Assembly (NCBI GenBank): GCA_039194325.1
Contig: JBCCWC010000007.1
Span: 82,611 to 146,610, forward strand
DNA length: 64,000 bases
Source: Myxococcota bacterium
GTDB taxonomy: Bacteria > Myxococcota_A > Polyangia > Nannocystales > Nannocystaceae
Direction of reading: 5' to 3'
The translations under genes and the position numbers were made by a program. The first letter of the stretch is position 1. Every line of letters starts with the position of its first letter. Below are positions 1 through 8,664 of this stretch, one piece after another. The notes beneath the pieces are model-generated. The model made no database searches and had not been told where the DNA came from. It was given only the letters and a program-made list of their open reading frames with translations.

Positions 1-273
1 GATGCCGAAGCGCACCTCGGCGATGGCCACCTTCTCGGCTCGAAACGCGTCGATCTGGGCCTGATCCCAGCCCATTACGTCGGTAAAGAAGCTCAGATCG
101 TCGACCAGGGCCGGCGGCTCGGCCTCGGGGATCTCTCCGTCAGCGAGGAACACGGCGAAGGTATCGAAATCATCGGGCGGTGGGGGGCCTTCGCAACCGG
201 CGACGGTAAAGGCGCCGGCAAAGGCGGACAGGGCGAACGTGGTGGTCGTGAGGCAACGGCGAAGATCGAACAT
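1..273 (-). CDS. Lipoprotein, hypothetical (runs off the window start)
   Basis: Hand-translated, not in the ORF track: ATG at 273 gives MFDLRRCLTTTTFALSAFAGAFTVAGCEGPPPPDD..., a signal peptide with lipobox VAG-C; frame open to position 1. Confidence 0.7.
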   Translation of the reverse strand, partial: MFDLRRCLTTTTFALSAFAGAFTVAGCEGPPPPDDFDTFAVFLADGEIPEAEPPALVDDLSFFTDVMGWDQAQIDAFRAEKVAIAEVRFGI

Positions 274-781
274 ATTCACACTTTCGTCGGATGTCACTAC
301 GAGTCATACGAAGAGACATCGATCTCGTCGTATGGCCCGAAGGGCGCAAAGAGAGTCGATGATGTCCCGCGTGTGAGCGACCATGCGTCACACCAACGGC
401 GAACACCGTCGATCGAGGGATGAGGCAAAATTCCTCACCCATCACTCCCGGGGGGTCGCTAGCAACCCGTGATGAAACCCTCGGGTGGTCCAAACGCCGT
501 CAGCACGAGCGGTGCCAAGGGGCGTTCAACCGGCATTCAACCGGCATAGATAACCAATGAACACCGAATATATCGACCGCGGGGGGCGGTATTGGGGCCG
601 TGCGAGGGGCTCACCACGGGCTGCTAGACTCAACACCACAAAGCTAGGCGGCGAGCAGAAGGAAGTCAAATCGATCGGAGTAAAATTAACCGACCAACAT
701 TGGGCCTACTCGGCGATCTTCGATGCTCGATCTACGGATGCCTATTGTATTGAGTGCAACGAAGTCACTCGACCATCCGAA

Positions 782-1438
782 TCAATGCACTTCAGACTCG
801 TTCGCCGCTCGGCGGGCGGCCCGATAACGCGCCCTGAGCTTGCGCTTGCGTCCAGGATACCCCCACGCGGGAATCGTCTCGGGGTCGAAATCGAACGCCA
901 TGATGGTGCACTCGATGAGCAACTCCCACATGACGTTGGTACGCATCAATAGATCGTCGTCTTCGTCCTGGGGCTCCACCTCGCCCGTACGAAGCTCATA
1001 GATCCGGCGCGACACCGCAGCCATGGCGGTCCATCGGCCGGTCAGCTTCTCGTCGAGCAGATCGAGCACCTCTGCGTCGGTCTTTTCTTGCCAGCTGGGC
1101 AGATCGAGCTCGTCGATCGGCCCGAGAACCTCTTCCTTGTGATAGAGGATGAGGTTGGAAATGAACATATGAGCGATCGAGCACCACCGGCAGCCCGTCC
1201 ATAGACCAGCCATCGAGATGATCATCTGACCTTCGACTTGCCCAAAGCGCTTCTCCAGCTGAGTGGTGATCCGGAAGCCTTCCATCAACCACCGCATGTA
1301 ATCGATGGCACCGTACGTACGAACATAATCCTCTTGAAAGGGTACGATGATACCATAACCCACCTTAGAGAACAGATGCATGACCCAGATGAACAATCGC
1401 TGGCCGATGGTCAGCCGGGGTTTGTCGAAGGCGCTCAA
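782..1438 (-). CDS. Hypothetical protein with AhpD/CMD-like CxxCxxxH motif
   Basis: Protein-like part of ORF 782..1798 begins at TTG 1438, which overlaps the upstream stop (TTGA); motif GCRWCSIAH. Confidence 0.65.
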   Translation of the reverse strand: MSAFDKPRLTIGQRLFIWVMHLFSKVGYGIIVPFQEDYVRTYGAIDYMRWLMEGFRITTQLEKRFGQVEGQMIISMAGLWTGCRWCSIAHMFISNLILYHKEEVLGPIDELDLPSWQEKTDAEVLDLLDEKLTGRWTAMAAVSRRIYELRTGEVEPQDEDDDLLMRTNVMWELLIECTIMAFDFDPETIPAWGYPGRKRKLRARYRAARRAANESEVH

Positions 1439-1965
1439 GTTTCTGAATCCTTCTTGGCTGAATCCTTCTTGGCCGAGTCCTTCTTGCGAGCCAGGGACTT
1501 CAGTCGCATTCGACGCAGCCGCCCGCTGGGCGTGGTTTCGGACCGAGTCCGACGGTTCCACGAGGGACGACCGAGATCTTCGATGAGCTTCTCGGTACGG
1601 GTCTGCCGGCTCGACAGCCAGTCCTCGGCCTGCGCGCGGACATGGAAGGAGCGGGCGTTGGGATCCTCGGCCACGTGGGCGATCCACAGCGCCAAGCCCC
1701 GGTAGCGCGGGCGGCTGGCGATGAACGCGGTGCGAACTCGCCGGTCGGCCAACGCGCGCTGCAAGATCGCGAGGGATTCGCGCGCCTGACGGGTGCACCC
1801 ACTCACTTGCGTGAAATCCACCAGGAGCTCCCGATGGGGCTCTTTACCCCAAGGCAGTAGGATCTTCCAAAGTGCGGCGACTTGAGACTCGTCGATACCA
1901 TCCTGAAACCTGACCAGCGCTCGGTGAGGATCCAGAGTATCGATTGTCAGTGACCCTTGAACCAC
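1435..1965 (-). CDS. STAS/SEC14-like (SpoIIAA-like) domain protein
   Basis: Pattern LLVDFTQVSG...RTAFIA...FHVRAQAEDWL typical of myxobacterial STAS/SEC14 proteins; basic tail with KKDS(A/E) x3. Confidence 0.7.
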   Translation of the reverse strand: MVQGSLTIDTLDPHRALVRFQDGIDESQVAALWKILLPWGKEPHRELLVDFTQVSGCTRQARESLAILQRALADRRVRTAFIASRPRYRGLALWIAHVAEDPNARSFHVRAQAEDWLSSRQTRTEKLIEDLGRPSWNRRTRSETTPSGRLRRMRLKSLARKKDSAKKDSAKKDSET

Positions 1966-2103
1966 GAATTGCGCCCATCATAGGAGCGCCAATCCTCACC
2001 CGCAAACAGCTCGGTCCCGACAAGGCACTTAAGGGCCAACGGCCGCAAAATCACACCGGGATTTCGATTCCGAATGGGACAGGAATCCCGAGAGACGGAG
2101 TGT

Positions 2104-2281
2104 AAACCCACCGGCCGAGCGCACGAATCGAACCCATGGACCGAGCGCATGGACCAAGCGCATAGACCGAACGCACGGACCGAACGCACAGACCGAACGC
2201 ACGGACCGAACCCACCGGCCGAACCCACCGGCCGAACCCACCGGCCGACCCCACCGGCCGACCCCACCGGCCGACCCCACC
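2104..2281. repeat. 13-bp degenerate tandem repeat, ~14 units
   Basis: Units GAACGCACGGACC / GAACCCACCGGCC / GACCCCACCGGCC in strict 13-bp register. Confidence 0.9.
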
Positions 2282-2458
2282 GCCGGAACGATGGTCAGGC
2301 GACGAAGACCGGCCCGACAGCCTGCGCCGGGAGCCTCGTCCCCGCGCTTCGTCGCGCCTCGACTCCATGCGTGCGCGGAGCCATCGCCGCGGCCAGGGCC
2401 GGGTCACTGTAACGGAATCCCTCACAGTCCCGACACCTGGCCGCGGCGGCTCCGGGGG

Positions 2459-3352
2459 TCAGGGGGAACCGGCGGGCAGCACGAACCCCGCGCCGAGCAG
2501 CATCGAGCAGTACCAGTACGTGAACAGTAGATAGCTGCGATGGAGTGCCGATGGACGTTGGTCGAGTACCAGGCGCACGGCGATGAGCCACGACAGCCCG
2601 GTGGTGAGCGCCTCGAAGGCCCAACTGACGGGCGTGGAGCGCAGCGGAGCGAACATCCACAAGTGGGTCAGCATGGGGAGCAGCGCGGCGAAGGCAAACG
2701 ACAGGGCGCCGCACGCTCGGGGTAAGCCGTAGACGATAGGCATCGTACGCCGGCCCAGGGTGCGATCCCCGGCGACGTCGCGCAGATCTTGGATGTTGCA
2801 GAACACGAAGGCGACGAGCGCGAGCCCGGTGACCCACCGCCAGGAGATCGGGCTCATGGGGGCCACGATGGTCCAGGCGGCCGCAAGCTGAGCGATCACT
2901 CCCAGCCCCATGATGAGGCTCTTGGTGACGAAGTGGCGGGCGAACCCGGCGAAGTTGTACAGACAAAAGCACACCTGCCACATCAGGGCCCACCGAAGAA
3001 CCCCCAGCAGCTCGCCCACGACAGCAAAGGCGAGCATGCCGACAACCCAGCGCACCCAGGCCCCGGCGACCGTGGTCATGCCGGCCGGTAGGGGACGATC
3101 CGGCTTGTTGAGCTGATCCTCACTCAGGCCGGTGATCTGGTTGGAGACGGCAAATGTGTAGACGTAGAGAAAGAAGTACACAAATGCCGCCACCAGAGTC
3201 GACAGATCGACTCGGCCGACGCTGCGTGAGGCCGCGACCACAAAGAGCATCCCCGGCATCACCGTGGACGAGAAGTCGTAGCGAACGAACCCCCAGGACA
3301 GGCGAAGCTCGTGCGCGATCCAGCGACTGTAGGTGGATGTCGACTGGATCAT
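2459..3352 (-). CDS. UbiA-family membrane prenyltransferase; putative UbiA-type terpene cyclase
   Basis: ATG 3352 one base after the GGPPS stop, with GGGAG upstream; multiple TM helices; motifs NQITGLSEDQLNKPDRP and QDLRDVAGDRTLGRRTMP. Confidence 0.85.
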   Translation of the reverse strand: MIQSTSTYSRWIAHELRLSWGFVRYDFSSTVMPGMLFVVAASRSVGRVDLSTLVAAFVYFFLYVYTFAVSNQITGLSEDQLNKPDRPLPAGMTTVAGAWVRWVVGMLAFAVVGELLGVLRWALMWQVCFCLYNFAGFARHFVTKSLIMGLGVIAQLAAAWTIVAPMSPISWRWVTGLALVAFVFCNIQDLRDVAGDRTLGRRTMPIVYGLPRACGALSFAFAALLPMLTHLWMFAPLRSTPVSWAFEALTTGLSWLIAVRLVLDQRPSALHRSYLLFTYWYCSMLLGAGFVLPAGSP

Positions 3353-3353
3353 T

Positions 3354-4325
3354 TCACGCCGCTCCCTGGCAGTAGTGCACCAAGGCGCACTCGACCTCGT
3401 CGATGACCGCGATGATCGCCTCCGGAACCGGCGTGCAGGCCCGGGCGCAGGCCCGCGCTTGCTCGAGGTTGGTCTGCAGCCGCAAGCGCGTAGCCCCTTC
3501 GCCGTACATGATGACCGCATTGGGCCGCCCGAGCGCGGCATCACGGCCGACCGGCTTGCCGCTATCGCCACCGCCGCCGCCACCGCCACGATCACTCGAG
3601 CAGCAGTCGAGAAGATCATCGGCCAGCTGGAACGCCGCGCCCAGCCAGTGCCCGATCTGACCCCACTGCTCGAAGAAGCATTCTCCCGAGGCAAGGGCCC
3701 CGATCTCGGCCGCAAAGCAGAATAGTGAGGTCGTCTTGAGATGATGGTATCGGCGTAGATCGACGGCTGCCGGGCCGGGGGCACCCGAAGCGCCGACCGG
3801 CCGCTCGCACTCCATCGCCTGCCCGCCGATGATTCCGCGGACCGCCCCGGTGGCGAGGGCCAGCTCGCGACAAAGGGCGAGCGCTCGCTCCGGATACGGG
3901 CCCGGCTCGGCCAGCAGCTCGAAGGCCAGGGTCAGCAGGGCATCACCGACCAGGACCGCCAGCGGCACCCCGTACTCGGCGTGCACGGTGGCTCGCCCCC
4001 GACGGATCGGGGCGTCGTCGAAGCAGGGAAGGTCGTCGTGGACCAGCGAAGCACAGTGGATGAGCTCGACCGCACATGCGGCCCGCAGCGCCAGCTCGCG
4101 CTCGGCGGCGGTCTCGGCCTGAACCATCGCGATGGTCAGGGCCAGGCGAGGCCGGACGCGACGTCCGCCGGGAAACACCGCGTGGTGCATCGCCCGATGC
4201 AACCAGGGGGAGTTGGGGCCCAGCGGGGGGAGGGCCAGGGCGAGACCTCGCTCGATGGAGGACTCGGCATCGTCGGAGTATTTCCACTGCCAAGGGGGGC
4301 TTGGGGGGACTGGGTATACATCCAT
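3354..4325 (-). CDS. Polyprenyl diphosphate synthase (CrtE-like, probable GGPP synthase)
   Basis: GGRRVRP, FARM CASLVHDDLPCFDD..RRG, GQ, KT, SARM FQLADDLLD, GKPVGRD; small residues at -5/-4 before FARM; start uncertain (4325, 4346 or 4418). Confidence 0.92.
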   Translation of the reverse strand: MDVYPVPPSPPWQWKYSDDAESSIERGLALALPPLGPNSPWLHRAMHHAVFPGGRRVRPRLALTIAMVQAETAAERELALRAACAVELIHCASLVHDDLPCFDDAPIRRGRATVHAEYGVPLAVLVGDALLTLAFELLAEPGPYPERALALCRELALATGAVRGIIGGQAMECERPVGASGAPGPAAVDLRRYHHLKTTSLFCFAAEIGALASGECFFEQWGQIGHWLGAAFQLADDLLDCCSSDRGGGGGGGDSGKPVGRDAALGRPNAVIMYGEGATRLRLQTNLEQARACARACTPVPEAIIAVIDEVECALVHYCQGAA

Positions 4326-4569
4326 TGTTACACCGAAACTCAGCATGGTGCACACACGGTCGCCGTGCCACCTCTTATGCGGGCCCATTCGAGTAATCGT
4401 GCAAAAAAGGAGATTCACCTACGGTGTCAGATTTCGGTCAGCAGAGGTGTTTCCCGGTGACAAATGATTGACTCGGGGTATGTCGTAAGATTGACAGTGA
4501 GGGGAACGACCGAGCTCCATTCACTGATTCGATGCGGCGGCCCCGCGGCCGCAGATTGGTGTTTTTGGG

Positions 4570-4660
4570 CAGTGTTGATGCTTTCGGGCAGTGTTGGTGC
4601 TTTCGGACAGTGCTGGTGCTTTCGGACAGTGCTGGTGCTTTCGGACAGTGCTGGTGCTCG
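4570..4660. repeat. 19-bp tandem repeat, ~4.7 units
   Basis: CAGTG(C/T)TG(G/A)TGCTTTCGG(A/G) repeated head to tail. Confidence 0.9.
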
Positions 4661-5098
4661 CCGAGAACCACACTCTGCGAACCGCTACGACTAGCCCGCT
4701 TGTCATGGTCGAGACTGTCGAGTTCGTCGAACTCGTCGAACTCGTCGAAGCTCACGAGATCCGGATATAGGCTCATCAGTCCAACGACCATATCGAGGAT
4801 CTCTGGGTCACTCTCGTGCTGAATCGATGCGCATCCCAATGCCTCGCGAGCCACCATTCGCCGCGGCCATCGGGTCGCGCTCGTCACTTTATGAGCACGG
4901 ACGGCCAGGGCTACGAGATTCGGGCCCGAGGCAAGCTCAAGCCGAACCGGACATCGAGCGCGTTGGGAGCTCGCGGTCGTCGCCGGGTGCGCGAGCGCTT
5001 CGGCCGATCACGCCCTGCGAGCATGGATCCAGCCGCGTGGCCCCCGATCGAACCCATGACTGGCAAGAAGGTCGGGTTCGCGCGATCCTGATCCCCCA

Positions 5099-5713
5099 GT
5101 GCTGAAGGCCTTCATCACCCTCTTGCTCCTCGCCTTCGCCGGCCTCGCGATCGCGTTCGTGATCTCGTCGGGTGCGCTGTCGCTCGCGCTGAGGATGATG
5201 TCGCGGGTCTTCGTGAGCGGTCGACGACGCCCAACCCCCACGGTGCGCCGAGGAGGCGGGCTGGTGAGACTACCCGAAGATCTCGCCGGGCTCGTGCGGA
5301 GCCAGCGGCAGCTCGAGGCGGCCATCACCGACCTGCGCGAGCTCTCACCCACGTACCACCGCTCGTCACAGATCGAGCACACCGGCATTCGAGACGATCG
5401 CCGGCACCAGGCGCTACGACGAGACTACGAAGACGCGGTGATCCACGCGACCCGAGCCATGGACCAGTGGCGCACCTGCCTTGGCGCGCTCGATCCACGA
5501 GGACGGGCCCGACTCGAGACGCTCGGGTCGGTGCCCGACGTGCACGGAGTGCTAGAAGATTTTCGCTGGCTCCCTCGGCACGTGTACCAGGTGGGTCACC
5601 TGCATTTTCGTAGCGACCAAGAGGCGTTCGAGCGGCGACTGTTCGCGCTGGGCGACCAGCTCCGACCATTCGAAGAGGCGCTGACCTACGAGCGCACGCA
5701 GGCCTATCGCTAG
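5099..5713 (+). CDS. Hypothetical protein with N-terminal membrane anchor
   Basis: Hydrophobic N-terminus followed by a helical domain; GC3-rich codons. Confidence 0.65.
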   Translation: MLKAFITLLLLAFAGLAIAFVISSGALSLALRMMSRVFVSGRRRPTPTVRRGGGLVRLPEDLAGLVRSQRQLEAAITDLRELSPTYHRSSQIEHTGIRDDRRHQALRRDYEDAVIHATRAMDQWRTCLGALDPRGRARLETLGSVPDVHGVLEDFRWLPRHVYQVGHLHFRSDQEAFERRLFALGDQLRPFEEALTYERTQAYR

Positions 5714-5743
5714 GCCGACGTGGGCGGCGAGAGCCGGTCTCAT

Positions 5744-6244
5744 TCACATCCTCACCGCCCGGGCGGTGTACCGATGCCTCCACCCGGCTCGAATCCCGGT
5801 CCTATCGTTATGAGTGAGTATTCTTCCACCGAGCCTCCAGCCGTCGACGATCTGGCAGTTCGGCGCGAGCGAATCCCTATGACGCCAGAAGAAGCTGGTG
5901 CAGGTCGGGCAGATCTTTCTAGATGCCGCAAGGCCCCAGACGAGCACCCCCCGCTCTCTCGCCTGGAGCACGACACTAACCTCTGCATGGTATGGATCTC
6001 GGGACATGATGACTCCCAAGCGCTGGAGAGTGGGGTTGTTTCGGATTATCGGTGGAATCAACCGGTCGTTATTCAATCCGATTTCATCATATGAACTGCT
6101 GTTGATGCCGAGAACCAGGTCGACGTGAAATGGGTTGGGGCCGATCGCCCCGACGGCAATCGTGTCAAATCCCCTATTCCCCAAGAGGTTGTGGGCGACA
6201 TCGGCAAGGAAGAGGAGGTGCTCTTTGGTAGGCAAGGCTGGCAT
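5744..6244 (-). CDS. Zinc-dependent deaminase (cytidine-deaminase fold, toxin-deaminase-like)
   Basis: HAE and ASRKICPTC motifs; AAGGA SD before ATG 6244; lower GC than flanks. Confidence 0.75.
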   Translation of the reverse strand: MPALPTKEHLLFLADVAHNLLGNRGFDTIAVGAIGPNPFHVDLVLGINSSSYDEIGLNNDRLIPPIIRNNPTLQRLGVIMSRDPYHAEVSVVLQARERGVLVWGLAASRKICPTCTSFFWRHRDSLAPNCQIVDGWRLGGRILTHNDRTGIRAGWRHRYTARAVRM

Positions 6245-6425
6245 GTCGATGTCCTTCGTCGTGCGAATATTCGTCGATTGCGTGCGGCATCATTCGGGTC
6301 AGCAATCGGGAACCCTGCTGAAGCCGGCAGCTGTCGAGCACGAGCCTCACCACCGCTCGCGCGTTTTGGGCGTGTGGCCGGCCGGCTACGATCAGCGGTC
6401 ACGGGAGCCAGGCGGTTTGATTGCC

Positions 6426-6457
6426 TCGGATCGGATCGGATCGGATCGGATCGGATC
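6426..6457. repeat. (TCGGA)6 microsatellite
   Basis: Six exact copies of a pentanucleotide. Confidence 0.9.
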
Positions 6458-6588
6458 CGTGGTCGTGATCATTTTCTAGGTCGGACGCGCGATGCCACGC
6501 ACGCTCGACGGACCGAGTCGTTCGAGCACGCCGCTCCTAGCAAAGAGCGCGGGACCTGACGCGGTGTACCATCGGCCCACGGACGCTC

Positions 6589-6954
6589 ATGAGCCCCTCG
6601 TCGAACCCGCTTGTGCCTGGCGCCCCGCCCCCCTTGCGCATGAACAAACCGAGCGAGATCGCCGCCCTGATGCACGCGCAGTGGGATCTGGGCCTGTCGA
6701 GCGGCGTGCTCGTCGCCAACCCCGTGCCCGAAGCCGACGCCATGGATCCCGAGCAGGTCGAGCGCGCGATCACCCGCGCGCTGGCCGACGCCGAGACCCA
6801 CGGCGTCACCGGCAAGGACGTCACTCCCTACCTGCTGGCCCGCATCGTCGAGCTCACCGGCGAGCAGAGCCTGCGCAGCAACATCGCCCTGGTCAAGAAC
6901 AACGCCCGGCTGGCCGCCCAGATCGCAGACGCGTTCCACCGGCAACTGTCGTAG
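6589..6954 (+). pseudogene. psuG: Pseudouridine-5'-phosphate glycosidase, C-terminal third only
   Basis: GVLVANPVP...GVTGKDVTPYLLARIVELTGEQSLRSNIALVKNNARLAAQIA matches the PsuG/IndA C-terminus; no N-terminal region upstream. Confidence 0.85.
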
Positions 6955-7100
6955 CCAGGCCACGACAGCCAGGCCGCTCGAATGACCGTCCGCCATCGGT
7001 CGTCGTCCTCGGCTCGTCACGTGCCCAAGGGCCACCACTGGAATTACAGTTCTTTTCCTCGCGAGGATTTCTGGCGCCACGATTGCTTCTGACATGAGGC

Positions 7101-8300
7101 GTGAACAGGAGTTCTTCCCTTGGCCTTAGCCTTATCGCCACCGCCTTGCTCGTTGCCTGCGGCGGCTCGCTCCGTGACAACACGGACCTGATCCCGGAGG
7201 GTGAGGAGCTCGACCCGAGCCTCTTCGACGACGAGGGCAAGGACGAAGGAGGCAACGGCGGCGACGACCATGGCGACCATGGCGACCATGGAGACAATGG
7301 CGACGACGGAGACGACGGCCTCGGTGCCGCCGACGACGGTGGTGGCCCCGAGTGCATCAGCGAGCGCTTCGATCTGGCGGCCGAGCCGCCGTCGGTGATG
7401 CTGGTCCTCGACAAGTCCTCGAGCATGAGCGACCAGCGCTGGCTCGACCAGGGTGAGCCGGTCACCCGCTGGCACAGCCTGTACGGCGTAGTCTCGGATC
7501 TGGTCACCACCTACGACTCCACCATCGACTTCGGCGCCACCTTGTTCCCGGCCGCCGAGTCCGGCCGCTACGATCAGGGATTTGCGGCCGCGTGCCGCGT
7601 GGCCGAGGCGCCCGACGTACCGACCGGCCCGGAGGCGAGCGCGGCCATCCTCGACGCGATCCCCGGCCCCGACGTAGCGGTGCAGGGGGCGACCCCGGCC
7701 AGCGCCGGCATGATGACTGCCCTACAGCACCTGGCCCTGGCCGAAGAGGGTCCGCGGGCCGTCCTGCTGGTCACCGACGGCCTGGCCAACTGCGCCCACC
7801 AGGAAGGCAGCGAGATGTTCCTCTACGACGAGGGCCTGCCGGTGGTCGTCGAGGCCGCGTACGAAGAGCTCGGGATCCCCACCTACGTGGTCGGCATCGA
7901 CATCCGCGACGAGCATGTCGACTATGCCAACGCCAACGCGCACGAGGAGCTCGACCACGTCGCGCGCGTGGGGGGCGTCCCCCGCGAAGGGGGCACCGCC
8001 TACTACGCAGCCAACGACGTCGAGGCCCTCGACCAGGCCATGGATCAGATCGCCGCTCGCATCGAGTGCACCGTGCCCCTAAGCACGCCCGTGCCCGAGG
8101 ACGCCGACTTCGAGATCACGGTCGACGACACCCCGATGCCCGAGGTGTCCGACTGCGCCGCCGAAGATGGCTGGCGCTTCACCGACCCGGCCCAGCGCTC
8201 GACCATCGAGCTTTGTGGCCAGGCATGCGACGCACTGCGGGTCCACGGCCAAATGGAGCTTCGCGTATGTGAAAAGGGGACGATCACCCCCGTGCCGTGA
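7101..8300 (+). CDS. vWA-domain lipoprotein
   Basis: Lipobox LVA-C; MIDAS LVLDKSSSM, GATP, LLVTDG; Cys-rich C-terminal domain. Confidence 0.9.
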   Translation: MNRSSSLGLSLIATALLVACGGSLRDNTDLIPEGEELDPSLFDDEGKDEGGNGGDDHGDHGDHGDNGDDGDDGLGAADDGGGPECISERFDLAAEPPSVMLVLDKSSSMSDQRWLDQGEPVTRWHSLYGVVSDLVTTYDSTIDFGATLFPAAESGRYDQGFAAACRVAEAPDVPTGPEASAAILDAIPGPDVAVQGATPASAGMMTALQHLALAEEGPRAVLLVTDGLANCAHQEGSEMFLYDEGLPVVVEAAYEELGIPTYVVGIDIRDEHVDYANANAHEELDHVARVGGVPREGGTAYYAANDVEALDQAMDQIAARIECTVPLSTPVPEDADFEITVDDTPMPEVSDCAAEDGWRFTDPAQRSTIELCGQACDALRVHGQMELRVCEKGTITPVP

Positions 8301-8329
8301 GAGCCGGGGATCGCCCCGACCCACGACCG

Positions 8330-8367
8330 GCGTCGCGACGGACCCCCCTCCGTCGCGGCGCTTTTTC
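8330..8367 (+). terminator. Rho-independent terminator
   Basis: 13-bp stem GCGTCGCGACGGA/TCCGTCGCGGCGC (one G-U pair), C6 loop, then TTTTT, 30 nt after the vWA stop. Confidence 0.8.
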
Positions 8368-8664
8368 ATTGACAGTCGCGCGATTACGGTGCGCGGTCGT
8401 CAATTGCACCATCGAAGGCTCGGGCGGAGGCTCGGGCGGAGGCTCGGGCGAAGCGCCGGATCGCCCTCCGGTGACGCTCACCACCCGGACCACCAGCGAA
8501 AAGAACGCGCTACGAGCCATTACGCGCCGCTTACACTTCGTGCACTGCGGACCGACCGACACGGTGCATGATGCTCTTGTACCAAACCTCGACGGCCGCG
8601 AGCTCCCGGTGAGATCCGAAGGACTCGAATGTGCCAGTCCATTCCTCTGTGAAAGACCTCCACC

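Noticed and set aside
300..780. ORFs 170..493 and 557..952
   Set aside because: No recognisable motif, weak codon bias, and overlap with better-supported genes
3353..3784. N-terminal extension of the UbiA ORF to 3784
   Set aside because: Overlaps the GGPPS in another frame and is Arg/Ser-rich shadow sequence; ATG 3352 has an SD and follows the GGPPS stop directly
2459..4418. Carotenoid gene cluster
   Set aside because: Only a CrtE-like synthase; no phytoene synthase, desaturase or cyclase in the window
2104..4660. 13-bp and 19-bp arrays (and the 31610 array) as CRISPR
   Set aside because: Head-to-tail units with no unique spacers, too short, and no cas genes
4438..5091. ORFs across the repeat-rich intergenic region
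   Set aside because: Translations are driven by tandem repeats; no domain recognised
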